From an uncultured Gemmatimonadales bacterium (GTDB lineage Bacteria > Gemmatimonadota > Gemmatimonadetes > Gemmatimonadales > Gemmatimonadaceae): DNA of 64,000 bases. The notes under the pieces are model-generated. The model did not search any database. It saw only the letters and a list, made by a program, of their open reading frames with translations, and was not told the DNA's origin. The stretch spans positions 32,001 through 96,000 of the forward strand of contig CAWBZV010000003.1 in assembly GCA_963793305.1 (NCBI GenBank), in the 5' to 3' direction. Below are positions 10,384 to 20,715 of this stretch, piece after piece (within the stretch, counting starts at the first letter, position 1; every line of letters begins with the position of its first letter). A program made the position numbers and the translations under genes.

Positions 10384-11448
10384 TCAGTCCCCATTTCCGG
10401 TCGCAACGACTGGAATAGGCTCACGTACGACCCGGACCGCAACCCGGTCGCCCTCATCGGCCGAACGCTCGCCGAGCGCGACCTCGACTTCCAATCCGCC
10501 ATCGAGGCGCACGCGATAGTGATACGAAGATCCGGCGAAGCGCCGGCTGTGTACGACGCCGGGCCATGCATCCGCCCAGCCCGCTGGCACGAATCCGAGC
10601 GCCTCGGGACGAAGTACAGCCGATAACGGTCCTTTGACGCCATCGGGACGTACCACCTTCACTAACCGCTCAACGCCGCCGACAATGATCGCGGCTGTAT
10701 CCTCTCCACGTTCTATGGCCGGAATCAGCGTGGCGCGCCCAACGAACTCGGCCACTGTGCGACATGACGGCGTGTCATACAGCTCCTCCGGCGAGCCGAT
10801 CTGTAGTAACCGGCCTCGACTGAGTAGCGCGACCCGATCGGCAATGGCGAATGCGTCTTCTTGGTCGTGGGTGACAAACAGCGCCGTCACCCGTTGTCGC
10901 CGAAGCATTGCCCGCAACTCATCACGAGTAGACTGACGCAACTGCGGATCCAGATTCGACAGCGGCTCGTCGAGAAGAAGCACGGGCGGCTCGATGACGA
11001 GTGCGCGCGCCAGCGCGACTCGTTGCTGCTCGCCACCGGAGAGTGACTGGATAGGCCGAGGTCCAGCGCCTTCTAGCCCTACAGACGCCAATGCCGCGGT
11101 CGCGCGCGTGCGTCGATCTCGACGTGACACGCCGCGTGCTTCGAGTCCAAACCCGACATTGTCTTCGACGGATAAGTGGGGAAACAGCGCATAGTGCTGA
11201 AACACCATCCCGAAATTGCGACGCTGTGGTGGCAATCGCGTGATATCACGATCGTTCAGCCTGACGACGCCAGAGTCAGCGGGCTCATAGCCGGCGACAA
11301 TGCGCAACGTCGTGGTTTTCCCGGAGCCACTCGCCCCGACGAGCGCGAGCAGCTCGCCGGTGCAGACCTCGAACGACACGTCGTTCACCGCCGTCGTCGT
11401 CGCGAACCGGCGCGTGATATTGCGTACGTCCAGCGCGCAGGCCGTCAC
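10384..11448 (-). CDS. ABC transporter ATP-binding protein (PotA/FbpC-like)
   Basis: GASGSGKT, LSGGEQQR, LLLDEPLSNLD and a C-terminal TOBE-like tail. Confidence 0.92.
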   Translation of the reverse strand: MTACALDVRNITRRFATTTAVNDVSFEVCTGELLALVGASGSGKTTTLRIVAGYEPADSGVVRLNDRDITRLPPQRRNFGMVFQHYALFPHLSVEDNVGFGLEARGVSRRDRRTRATAALASVGLEGAGPRPIQSLSGGEQQRVALARALVIEPPVLLLDEPLSNLDPQLRQSTRDELRAMLRRQRVTALFVTHDQEDAFAIADRVALLSRGRLLQIGSPEELYDTPSCRTVAEFVGRATLIPAIERGEDTAAIIVGGVERLVKVVRPDGVKGPLSAVLRPEALGFVPAGWADAWPGVVHSRRFAGSSYHYRVRLDGGLEVEVALGERSADEGDRVAVRVVREPIPVVATGNGD

Positions 11449-12455
11449 CCGTGCCGACGGATGTGAGAGTCCCAGTACGTCATCCAGTCGTCGAGACTAT
11501 CCGCGAGCAGCGCCCGATCCACTGGCATGGCTTTGATCTCCCGCCGCGCCACGCGGATCCAGTCGGGCAACGAGTCCTCCGGCATATCCGTCCGCACTGG
11601 AATGCGCTTGTGCTCGCGCGCCGCCACCAGGAGCAGCGGCTCGCTCGACACGAACTCGTAGAACGCCTTCGCGGCGGCGACTTGCTTGGTGCCCTTCACG
11701 ATGGCGATGCCTTCCACGAGAATTGGCGTGCCGCTCGTGGGGATCGTGTATTTGATCGGAAACCGCCCTTCGAGCGTCGCGATATCCGGCATGTCCCAGA
11801 GCGTGATCACTCCTTCCTGCCGACCGAGCTTCTGATATAACAGGGTCGGGTTGAGCGCGTACTCCTTCGTGTTGGCGTCGAGCCTCCTGAGCCACGCCCA
11901 GCCCGCGGCCGTCGACCCGGTGGCCGTCACCGAGCGCGCGAGAATCGCGCCGAAAATCGCCCGCATGCTCCCCGACGCGACGGGGTCGCGAATCAGCACC
12001 TTGCCCTTCCACTTGGGATCGAGCACGTCGTCCCAATCCTTCGGCGCCGCCGAGTCGGAGACCGCCACACTGTTGTAGCCGATCACCTCGGGCGTGAGAT
12101 ATGTCCCGAACCACCGGTCCGCGCTGTCGCGCGCATCCGGCGGCACATACTCGGCCCACGTCGGCGTGTACGGTTCGAGCAGCCCTTCTTTGGCCGCGCG
12201 TGTGAACTCGCTGCCCGGCCCGCCGAACCACACATCGGCCTGCGGATTGACCGACTCTGACCGGAGGCGGTCCAGCACTTCCTGCGCGCCCATGTCGACA
12301 GGCTGGACATCGATATCCGGATGCGCGCGCTCGAATCGCGCCGCGAAATCCGAGAGCAGAGCCTTGCCGTGCGGTGAGTACACGACGAGCGGTATGCGAT
12401 GATCGTGTGAGCAGGCGCACAGGCACACCGCCGCCGCCAGAACGAGCCGCCTCAC
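11445..12455 (-). CDS. ABC transporter substrate-binding lipoprotein (Fe3+/polyamine type)
   Basis: Start reassigned to GTG 12455 (GTGA overlap with the upstream stop). Signal VRRLVLAAAVCLCAC; NPQADVWFGG and PKDWDDVLDPKWKGK motifs. Confidence 0.88.
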   Translation of the reverse strand: MRRLVLAAAVCLCACSHDHRIPLVVYSPHGKALLSDFAARFERAHPDIDVQPVDMGAQEVLDRLRSESVNPQADVWFGGPGSEFTRAAKEGLLEPYTPTWAEYVPPDARDSADRWFGTYLTPEVIGYNSVAVSDSAAPKDWDDVLDPKWKGKVLIRDPVASGSMRAIFGAILARSVTATGSTAAGWAWLRRLDANTKEYALNPTLLYQKLGRQEGVITLWDMPDIATLEGRFPIKYTIPTSGTPILVEGIAIVKGTKQVAAAKAFYEFVSSEPLLLVAAREHKRIPVRTDMPEDSLPDWIRVARREIKAMPVDRALLADSLDDWMTYWDSHIRRHG

Positions 12456-14953
12456 TGCACGACCGTCGAATGTCCCGCGGCGAGCAGATTGACGAACAAC
12501 CGCGCCGCGCCCGGGACTCCCGCCGGCAGCTGGCGGAAGAACGCGAGCGTCGCGTACACGTACGTACCTTTGCCGAGTGGCGCCACCAGTATGCCGGCGT
12601 TGTTCGGCTGCTCGCCTGGGTCGTTGATCGAGAGCACGGTCGTGTAGTGATCGTCGAACGTGCGTGGCATGTACGTCGACCGTTCCTGAACCCAGCCAAC
12701 CCAATCGCTCGGCCCGATCTTGTTCGGCGTATTGAGCACCGGTGAACCCGCATCGAGAATCCGCACCGGCGCGTTCTCGTCGGTCACACGATCCGCTGGC
12801 CGGGCCAGCGTGATGGGATACGGCATGACGCCGGGATCCACCATCTCGTTCTGGCCATACTGCACGACCAGCGTCCCACCATTCCGCGCATAGTCGAGCA
12901 AAAACCGGTTCTTCGCCTTCAAGTCCGCGCTCGCCTGATACGCCCGCGTCCCGACGACGATCGCGCCGAACTTGCTGAGATTCACCGATCCGAGCGACGC
13001 TGGATCCAAAACGGTGACTGGAATACCGAGCGTCTGGAGCGTCGGCGCGACATTGTCGCCGACACCGGGGATGTAGGCGACCGTCAATCCGGCCGGCACT
13101 CGTACGTCCACCGCGACGAGGTGGACAGTCGCATCGCGATAGAGCCTCTCGGGCCGAATGTGCTCGTACTCTATCGGGACATAGCCGTTCGTGTACCGCT
13201 TGCCATCGAGCTCCGCGGCCGCACTCAACGTCGCCTCGCCCGCCGGTACCGTGCCTCTCACCGAGAATTCGACCGTTCGCGCGCCATACGCCGGGACCAC
13301 TGTGTGTCGGACCGCCGAGTCGCTGACGAGCCCTTTGGGTAGAGTCAGCGACACCTGCACCATCCGCTCGGTGTCGGACGCCGAACGCAGCAACACGGGA
13401 ATCCGCCGCTCAATGCGGGTGCCTGCCGGCACGTACTCGACGGTCTGGTCCAGTGTCACGGAGATGAGCGGGACCCAGGCGAGCGGCCGGTCGATCTCGC
13501 CGCGACTCGGATCGGCGATCCGCTGGACGGGATTTTTCGAGATGACGTACTCCGTCGGCGCCCCCATCCCGTCCACCGCGAGCGCGACCTGCATCCACGT
13601 GTCGTCGCCGATATCCGTCGTGGCGCGCTGATCCTCGGCGACCGTCGACACCGGAACGCCGAACAGGTCGCCGACGCGCGGCCGAGCCAGCCACCATGGC
13701 TGCGTCACGCGGTTGGTCGTCGTCGTCCAAGAGCGATTGATGGACGAATCCGGAGCGATCGTGGCGGGCTTGGGGTCGTCCTTGCCCTGCGCCATCTCCT
13801 TGAACTCGAGCGGCGTGCGGCCTCGATCGTACACGGTCACGCTGACGTGCGCCGTTGTTCCCGTCGCCACCACGTCGTGTGGAATCGTCAACTCCACCGT
13901 GGAGCCCGTCGCGAGTGCCAGCGCATGCTCCGCGCGGCCGAGGGCGATCGCGATGGTGCGCGCGCCATCCGGGTCTCTAACGCTTGCCTTTCTCAGTGAG
14001 GATACAAGAGAAGCGAGCGATGGCACGATCGGCGTCGGGTCGTACGCATTCCACCGCCGCCGAATGGAATCGATCACCGCGCGATAGGGATTGAGGCGGG
14101 AGGTATCGAGCCCCTCGAACATCGTCTTCTCGGCGCCCGAATTGACACGGCTCGCCTCACGATACACTGACGCGGTAAACGGCCCCTTGCGAATGAGCTG
14201 CCCGAATCCCTGCGACCGGTGCTGACTGCGACTCAGCGATGCGATCTCGGAGTAGGACTGGCCGAGTAGCGGACTATACTCGCCGACCTGAATCGTGAGC
14301 GCCTCTGCCCCACCGCCAAAATACGACCGGTCTCGATAAAACTTGGGCACGGTCCAAGCCGGCCCGTACTTCGCCTCGGGAAAGCGCGCCGTGTCTCCGG
14401 ATACGTCGTATGCTTCGCGTGCCAGGAGCGCCGAGACCTGATGTTGTCCGTGCCCGTCTTGTGGAGTCCCGGTAAAGACCGCGACAATGATATGGGGACG
14501 GAACGCCCGGATGATCGTAACCACATCGCCGAGCAGAGAGTCGTGCGGCCAGTGCGTATATGTCTCGGCCGCGGTTTTCGAGAACCCGAAGTCATACGCC
14601 CGCGTGAAGTACTGGTGCGCCCCGTCGATGCGGCGAGCGGCAAGCAGTTCTTCCGTGCGGATGACGCCGAGCGCTTCGCCAAGCTCGTTGCCGATGAGAT
14701 TCTGCCCACCGTCGCCACGAGTCAACGAGAGATAGGCGGTCTCGACGTGCTGCCCGCGCGCGAGCCACGCGATGAGCCGCGTGTCCTCGTCATCAGGGTG
14801 CGCGGCGATCATGAGGACGCGCGGTGTGACGCCCAGTCCCTCGACCGCCTCGCCCAACGCGATCGCGCCGCGCTCCTGAGCGGTGACGCGGCGCGGCGCG
14901 GCTGACGAGCACGCAGTAAGCCCTACAACAAGAACGGCGTACCGCAGGGTCAC
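12452..14953 (-). CDS. PIG-L/LmbE family deacetylase, large lipoprotein with C-terminal GATase-like domain
   Basis: AHPDDED, TRGDGGQN, RTEEL and HGQHQ motifs. Start GTG 14953 overlaps the sucA stop; lipobox LTAC. Confidence 0.88.
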   Translation of the reverse strand: MTLRYAVLVVGLTACSSAAPRRVTAQERGAIALGEAVEGLGVTPRVLMIAAHPDDEDTRLIAWLARGQHVETAYLSLTRGDGGQNLIGNELGEALGVIRTEELLAARRIDGAHQYFTRAYDFGFSKTAAETYTHWPHDSLLGDVVTIIRAFRPHIIVAVFTGTPQDGHGQHQVSALLAREAYDVSGDTARFPEAKYGPAWTVPKFYRDRSYFGGGAEALTIQVGEYSPLLGQSYSEIASLSRSQHRSQGFGQLIRKGPFTASVYREASRVNSGAEKTMFEGLDTSRLNPYRAVIDSIRRRWNAYDPTPIVPSLASLVSSLRKASVRDPDGARTIAIALGRAEHALALATGSTVELTIPHDVVATGTTAHVSVTVYDRGRTPLEFKEMAQGKDDPKPATIAPDSSINRSWTTTTNRVTQPWWLARPRVGDLFGVPVSTVAEDQRATTDIGDDTWMQVALAVDGMGAPTEYVISKNPVQRIADPSRGEIDRPLAWVPLISVTLDQTVEYVPAGTRIERRIPVLLRSASDTERMVQVSLTLPKGLVSDSAVRHTVVPAYGARTVEFSVRGTVPAGEATLSAAAELDGKRYTNGYVPIEYEHIRPERLYRDATVHLVAVDVRVPAGLTVAYIPGVGDNVAPTLQTLGIPVTVLDPASLGSVNLSKFGAIVVGTRAYQASADLKAKNRFLLDYARNGGTLVVQYGQNEMVDPGVMPYPITLARPADRVTDENAPVRILDAGSPVLNTPNKIGPSDWVGWVQERSTYMPRTFDDHYTTVLSINDPGEQPNNAGILVAPLGKGTYVYATLAFFRQLPAGVPGAARLFVNLLAAGHSTVVQ

Positions 14954-17679
14954 ACGCCGCCCGCGATGGAAGGCCGATCGGACGCGATTGGCGCCGCGAG
15001 CGCCTCGGCGACGATGCGCGCCTGCTCCTTCTGGTGCGACGCCATATAGCCTTCGGCCGGACTCGCCCGGTCGGGGCGCCCAATGTACCGGATGCCACTG
15101 AGGCGCTGCATGACGAACGACCATGCGCCCATGTTCTTCGGCTCTTCCTGTACCCATACGATATCGTCCGCTTCGGCGTAGCGTTCGAGGACGTGGGCCA
15201 CCTCGTCCTGTGCCCACGGATACAATCCCTCTACCCGAACTATGGCTACGTGCGACGGCCGAGGTTCGCTGGTCAGATCGTAGTAGATCTTGCCGGTGCA
15301 GAACACGACCCGCCGCACCGCCCACCGTTTCTCTGGATCGGCCATCGTCGGATCATCGATCACGGCGTGAAACTGCCCGGTCGCGAGATCGTCGACGCTC
15401 GACATCGCGCGATCGAGCCGCAAGAGACTCTTGGGCTGCATGAGCACGAGCGGGCGGCGCACGGCCGTCATGGCTTGTGAGCGCAACAAATGAAAGTACT
15501 GCGCCGGCGTCGAAGGATACGCGATCTGCATGTTCCCCTCAGCCGCCAACTGAAGGAACCGCTCCAATCGTGCGCTCGAGTGCTCCGGGCCGCCGCCCTC
15601 ATAACCATGCGGCAGCAGGAGCACCACTCGCGAACCCTCGCCCCACTTGGCGCGGTCGGCCGCCAGGAATTGGTCAATAATTGGTTGGGCGACGTTGACG
15701 AAATCGCCGTACTGCGCTTCCCACAACACGAGCGAGTCCGGTGCGGCGGCCGCGTACCCGTACTCGAATCCGAGGACCGCGGTCTCCGATAGCGGACTAT
15801 TGTGCACCTCGAACACGCCCGTCCCCGGAAGATTCTGCAGCGGGGTGTATACCGTCCCCGTCTTCACATCATGCAGCACCGCATGCCGGTGCGAGAACGT
15901 TCCGCGCGCCGCGTCCTGCCCGGTGAGCCGTACCGACGTCCCATCGGTTATCAGCGAGGCGAGCGCCAACGACTCGGCCTCGCCCCAGTCGATCGCGTTC
16001 GCGCCAGAAAGGGCATCGCGACGCCGACCGACCGCGCGCGCCACGCGCGGGTGCGCGGTAAATCCTTCGGGCCACGCGAGCAGCCGATCGTTCAACGCAA
16101 CCAGGCGTTCGCGCGGAACCGCTGTCTCGGCGCTCGCCGGTCGCGTCAGCCCCGGGTACACCGGCTCGATCCCCTCGGCGGCTGGCGCCGTACCCGACGT
16201 CACCTGCGCGTGTACCGCCGTGAGCTTGTCGAGGATCTCCTTGTCGACCGCCTGCACGTCCGCGGCCGTGACGACGTTCTCGTTCACGAGCCGTTGACCC
16301 CAGATCTGACGCGCCGTGGGGTGCGCCTTGATCTTGTCGTACATCGTCGGCTGCGTGAAGCTGGGCTCGTCGCCCTCGTTGTGGCCGTTCCGGCGATAGC
16401 CCACGAGATCGATCAAGAAATCTTTGCCGAACGTCGAGCGATAGGCGATCGCGATGCGAACGGCGATGACACACGCCTCGGCGTTATCCGCATTGACGTG
16501 CACGATCGGCACGTCGAATCCCTTCGCGAGATCACTCGCGTAATACGTCGACCGGCCGTCAACGGGATCGGTCGTGAAACCGATCTGATTGTTGACGATG
16601 ATGTGCAGTGTCCCGCCGACACGGAATCCCGGGAGCCGAGACAGGTTGAACGTCTCGGTCACCACACCCTCCCCAGGGAACGCCGCGTCGCCGTGTATGC
16701 ACACGGGGACGACGCTCGCCTCGTTTCGGGTTTTGCCTTCCCGCTCCAACGCCCTCGCGACACCCTCCAAGACCGGGTTGACGAACTCCAGATGGCTGGG
16801 GTTGGGCAGCAACGTGATGTCGACGCCGCCACGCGAAGCGTGCGCGCCGAGGTGGTACTTCACGTCGCCGGTTCCGGTGTCGTCATCGTGCTTCCCTTCG
16901 AACTCGGCGATGATAGACGCGTACGGCTTACCGAGGATGTGAGCCAGCACGTTGATGCGCCCTCGGTGGGCCATCGCGATAACGACCCGGTGTGCGCCCG
17001 CGGTACCACCTCGTGCAATCGTCTCGTCGAGCATCGGCACGAGCGCGTCGGTGCCCTCGATGCCAAAACGCTTCACGTTCGGATAGGCGCGGGCGATGAA
17101 TCGCTCCAGACCGTCGACTTCGGTCAATCGGCGCAGGAGCGCCCGCTTCTCGTCGGGAGTCAGCGGCTTGGTCAGCTCCTCAGCCGTGAGCATCTGCCGA
17201 AACCACTTCCGCTCATCCTCGGCCGCGAGATGCGTGACCTCGAAGGCGAGTGTCGTGGTATACCGGAGGCGCAAGCGCTTGAGCACGTCGGCCGCGGTCG
17301 CCATGTGCGGAAAACCAACGGCGCTGCCCGGGACCGACTCGAGATCGGCCTCGGAGATACCGTGAAATTCGGGAGAGAGCTCAGGGGCGCCGAGTGGGGG
17401 CGTGCCGAGCGGGTCGAGCTGGACCGCGAAATGCCCGTACGTCCGAATGGCCTGCATGAGCGCCGCGGCGCCGGCGGCCTTTTTCAGTAACGCCGGGTCG
17501 GGCGCACGGCGTTCTACGCCGTCGGGCGCGCCGCGGGTCGTAGAGCCCGCAAAGCGCTCAGCGGCGCGGAAGAACTGCTGCCAGGATTCCGAGACGGACG
17601 CCGGATCACGCTGATAGGCGTCATACAACTCGGCGATGTATCCGTCGTTAAAGACGTTAGTCGCTGGGTCAGTCGGCAT
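14950..17679 (-). CDS. sucA: 2-oxoglutarate dehydrogenase E1 component
   Basis: GDVKYHLG, NPSHLE, HGDAAFPGEG, LWEAQYGDF and GPEHSSARLERFLQL motifs; start ATG 17679. Confidence 0.95.
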   Translation of the reverse strand: MPTDPATNVFNDGYIAELYDAYQRDPASVSESWQQFFRAAERFAGSTTRGAPDGVERRAPDPALLKKAAGAAALMQAIRTYGHFAVQLDPLGTPPLGAPELSPEFHGISEADLESVPGSAVGFPHMATAADVLKRLRLRYTTTLAFEVTHLAAEDERKWFRQMLTAEELTKPLTPDEKRALLRRLTEVDGLERFIARAYPNVKRFGIEGTDALVPMLDETIARGGTAGAHRVVIAMAHRGRINVLAHILGKPYASIIAEFEGKHDDDTGTGDVKYHLGAHASRGGVDITLLPNPSHLEFVNPVLEGVARALEREGKTRNEASVVPVCIHGDAAFPGEGVVTETFNLSRLPGFRVGGTLHIIVNNQIGFTTDPVDGRSTYYASDLAKGFDVPIVHVNADNAEACVIAVRIAIAYRSTFGKDFLIDLVGYRRNGHNEGDEPSFTQPTMYDKIKAHPTARQIWGQRLVNENVVTAADVQAVDKEILDKLTAVHAQVTSGTAPAAEGIEPVYPGLTRPASAETAVPRERLVALNDRLLAWPEGFTAHPRVARAVGRRRDALSGANAIDWGEAESLALASLITDGTSVRLTGQDAARGTFSHRHAVLHDVKTGTVYTPLQNLPGTGVFEVHNSPLSETAVLGFEYGYAAAAPDSLVLWEAQYGDFVNVAQPIIDQFLAADRAKWGEGSRVVLLLPHGYEGGGPEHSSARLERFLQLAAEGNMQIAYPSTPAQYFHLLRSQAMTAVRRPLVLMQPKSLLRLDRAMSSVDDLATGQFHAVIDDPTMADPEKRWAVRRVVFCTGKIYYDLTSEPRPSHVAIVRVEGLYPWAQDEVAHVLERYAEADDIVWVQEEPKNMGAWSFVMQRLSGIRYIGRPDRASPAEGYMASHQKEQARIVAEALAAPIASDRPSIAGGV

Positions 17680-17690
17680 GTGCCGGTAAT

Positions 17691-18032
17691 CTAACCGATC
17701 GTCTGTAGCGCTAGCTCGCGTGTCGTGAGGGGGAGATACAAGAATCGTATCGCGCCACGGACCGCCAACGGCGGCATCTCGTCGAAGCGGCGATTCATGC
17801 TGAAGACGACGAGCCGGTCGATCACGAGAAGCGGCGATGCATGCCACTCTTCCTCGGTGAGCGGCTCGAGGAGATCGTAGTCGCAGAGGATCGCGTCGAA
17901 CGTTCCGCCGGCGGCGGTCGCTTCAGTCAAGCCTACGGCTATGCACGACTCGAGACCGAATCCGTCGAACAGCCTTGCGACGTGTTCGCTCAAGTATCGA
18001 TGCCGTCCAATGCACAGGACGCGGGGAGCCAC
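17691..18032 (-). CDS. Atypical single-domain receiver-like protein
   Basis: Receiver-like pattern with DAILCDYD; lacks the N-terminal acidic pair and conserved Lys. GTG 18032 preferred. Confidence 0.6.
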   Translation of the reverse strand: MAPRVLCIGRHRYLSEHVARLFDGFGLESCIAVGLTEATAAGGTFDAILCDYDLLEPLTEEEWHASPLLVIDRLVVFSMNRRFDEMPPLAVRGAIRFLYLPLTTRELALQTIG

Positions 18033-18042
18033 AAACGCCAAT

Positions 18043-19167
18043 TTATAGCTCAGTCAGCTTCCCGGGGACAGATCCCGTAAGAATGGCGACCGGTATCCCG
18101 CCGTTCACCGTACGAAGCGCCGGTGTGAGCGGCAGTTGCGTCGCCCGGGCCAGCGAGCTCGCCTCCGGCGCCAGGATCGCTACGCGCCACCCGGGCAAGC
18201 TTTTCCTCGCCACCTGTCCCAGGCGGGCATACAGGTCCCGGAGTTTCGTCTGGTCGCCCACTCTGACGCCCCAGGGGGGATTCGTCACCAGCCACCCCGC
18301 GCCACCGGGCGCCTCCAAATCGGAGATACTCTGGGTTTTTATCTCGATATCAGCGCCCACTCCCGCCCGCTCCGCATTCGCCCGTGTCGCCTCGATCCCA
18401 CCAGCGTCCCGGTCGGCGGCGATTATGCGAACAAGGCTAGCTGTCGATGGCCTCTCGCCAGCTTGAGCTGCGTCGCACACAGTTGTCCAACATTTGCTGT
18501 CGTATTCTGGCCACTGCATAAACGCGAACGACCGCGAGATGCCCGGCGCACGATGCCGTGCAATCAGCGCAGCCTCGATCGCAATCGTCCCGGATCCGCA
18601 GAATGGATCGACGAGGGCTGCGTCCCCAGTCCAACCCGAGAGCATTGCCGCGGCGAGCGTCTCTCGCATTGGCGCTTTCGCCGTCGCGAGCCTGTAACCG
18701 CGACGGTGTAACAACGCCCCGGAGCTATCGATACTCACGGTGCACTCGTCGTGAGACAATCGCACAATGACGAGCGCGCCACTTTCCGACGCGCTGACCA
18801 CCGACCCCGTGCGTCGCTCGATGGCACGACGGATGCGCTCGGCAACGGCATCCGAGTGATACAATCGCGACTTGCGGCAACTCACCCGAATGTCGACGGC
18901 CGACCCGGGCGCGATGAATCGTTCGAATGACACTCGCTTCGCGTGCCGCTCCAGCTCGTAGAACGTGTCCGCGTGAAAGCTCGCCAGCCGCACAATGATG
19001 CGGCTAGCGACCCTGAGCCAGAGATTCGCGGCGTAGAGCTGGTCAGATGTGGCGTGGAATGTCACGCCGCCAGGCACAGCGGTCCCTCGCAGCCCAAGCG
19101 CGTCGAGCTCGCGCGCGACGAGCGGCTCGAGTCCAGGGGCCGAGATGGCGAAGCAGTCGTACGTCAT
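18043..19167 (-). CDS. THUMP-domain class I SAM-dependent RNA methyltransferase (RlmL-like)
   Basis: LHRRGYR, APMRETLAA, DPFCGSGT and TNPPWG motifs; start ATG 19167. Confidence 0.9.
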   Translation of the reverse strand: MTYDCFAISAPGLEPLVARELDALGLRGTAVPGGVTFHATSDQLYAANLWLRVASRIIVRLASFHADTFYELERHAKRVSFERFIAPGSAVDIRVSCRKSRLYHSDAVAERIRRAIERRTGSVVSASESGALVIVRLSHDECTVSIDSSGALLHRRGYRLATAKAPMRETLAAAMLSGWTGDAALVDPFCGSGTIAIEAALIARHRAPGISRSFAFMQWPEYDSKCWTTVCDAAQAGERPSTASLVRIIAADRDAGGIEATRANAERAGVGADIEIKTQSISDLEAPGGAGWLVTNPPWGVRVGDQTKLRDLYARLGQVARKSLPGWRVAILAPEASSLARATQLPLTPALRTVNGGIPVAILTGSVPGKLTEL

Positions 19168-19226
19168 AACAGTTGAGCTTAACCCACGGGCAGCCACTTG
19201 GCGCAGATTCTGCGAATGCACCCGGC

Positions 19227-20699
19227 ATGTCGCCCACATCGCTCTCGTTAGGGAGAGCCCGAACCGTTTTGTCCGAGCGGTTCGGGCATGCTGATTTCCA
19301 GCCCGGCCAGTGGCCGTCGATCCAGGCGGTCTTGGCCGGCCGGGATGCGATCATCGTCATGCCCACGGGCAGTGGGAAATCCCTCGTCTACCAGCTGCCG
19401 TCGCTGGTCCTCCCCGGACTCACCGTCGTTATCACGCCGCTCATCGCCCTCATGAAAGATCAGCACGACAAGCTGATCGCCCAGGGCGTCGACTCGGTCG
19501 CGATGCATTCGCATCTCACCGGTCGCCAGACCCGCGAGGCGCACCGGCAAGTCTCGGACGGCGAGGGGCAGATCCTGTACATGACGCCGGAACGATTCAA
19601 GGACCGCGATTTCTTTGACCGCCTGTTATCCCGGCGTGTGAGCCTCTTCGTCGTCGACGAGGCCCACTGCGTGAGCCAGTGGGGCCATGACTTTCGCCCG
19701 GATTATTTAATGCTCGGCTCCGTCGCCGAACGACTCGGCCGGCCGCCGATCATGGCGCTCACGGCGACCGCGACGTCGGCGGTCCGCCTCGACATTGGCC
19801 GGCAACTCGGCCTCAGCGATCCATACGTGGTCGTCACCGGCTTCGCGCGCCCGAATCTCCGGTTCGAGGTCCGCCGGACGGTCAACGACGCCGAGAAAGA
19901 CGTGGCACTGCTCGACATCCTGTCGCGGGCCGACGGATCGGGCGTTGTCTATGTGGCGACCGTGAAGGAAGCCGAGCGGTTGCACGCGATGCTGCGCGAA
20001 CGGTTCACCGTCGGGCTGTATCACGGCAAGATGGCCGCGACCGATCGCACGCAGGCGCAGGATCGGTTCATGGCGGGCGAGCTCGATGCCATGATCGCCA
20101 CGAACGCGTTCGGGCTCGGCATCGATAAGCAGGACATCCGGTTCATTGTTCACTATCACTTCCCCGGGTCGATCGAGTCGTACTATCAGGAAGCCGGCCG
20201 AGCCGGGCGCGATGGGCAGCCCGCGACGTGTACCGTGCTGTATCGCGTCGAGGATCGGCGGATTCAGTCGTACTTTCTCGGCGGCAAGTATCCCGAGATC
20301 GAGGAAGCCGCGAAAGTCGCGATCGTCCTCGAGCACCATCCGATGCGCACGCCGGTGTCGCTCGATGACCTGGCCAATGCGGCCGGCGTTCCGCGGCGCA
20401 AAGCCCGCATCGTCTTCACGCTTCTGAAACGCCACGGTTTGGTTCGCGAGCATCGCGGTGGTAGCTGGGAGCGACTCGCCGGGCACCTCACGCAGGTCGA
20501 CTTGAGCCACGATCTCATCGACTACGAGGAGCGGCGCGCCAAGGACCAGGCCAAGCTCCGCTCGATCATTCGCTTCTGCCAGACCGCCCAGTGTCGCACA
20601 CGCGTCATCCTCGAGTATTTCGGCGAGCCCGTCGCGGTCGACTGGCGATGCAATAACTGCGACGCCTGCGATAGCACGGCGGCATGGGAAGCCGCGTAA
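19227..20699 (+). CDS. recQ: RecQ family ATP-dependent DNA helicase
   Basis: MPTGSGKS, VVDEAHCVSQWGHDFRP, QEAGRAGRDG and a Cys-rich Zn tail. Confidence 0.92.
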   Translation: MSPTSLSLGRARTVLSERFGHADFQPGQWPSIQAVLAGRDAIIVMPTGSGKSLVYQLPSLVLPGLTVVITPLIALMKDQHDKLIAQGVDSVAMHSHLTGRQTREAHRQVSDGEGQILYMTPERFKDRDFFDRLLSRRVSLFVVDEAHCVSQWGHDFRPDYLMLGSVAERLGRPPIMALTATATSAVRLDIGRQLGLSDPYVVVTGFARPNLRFEVRRTVNDAEKDVALLDILSRADGSGVVYVATVKEAERLHAMLRERFTVGLYHGKMAATDRTQAQDRFMAGELDAMIATNAFGLGIDKQDIRFIVHYHFPGSIESYYQEAGRAGRDGQPATCTVLYRVEDRRIQSYFLGGKYPEIEEAAKVAIVLEHHPMRTPVSLDDLANAAGVPRRKARIVFTLLKRHGLVREHRGGSWERLAGHLTQVDLSHDLIDYEERRAKDQAKLRSIIRFCQTAQCRTRVILEYFGEPVAVDWRCNNCDACDSTAAWEAA

Positions 20700-20715
20700 G
20701 CATAGTTTTCGCCCG

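Noticed and set aside
15802..17490. Long antisense or alternative-frame ORFs (also 21659-23686, 39453-40766, 47061-48344, 47995-49308)
   Set aside because: Shadow ORFs over well-supported genes, expected in high-GC DNA, with no family motifs.
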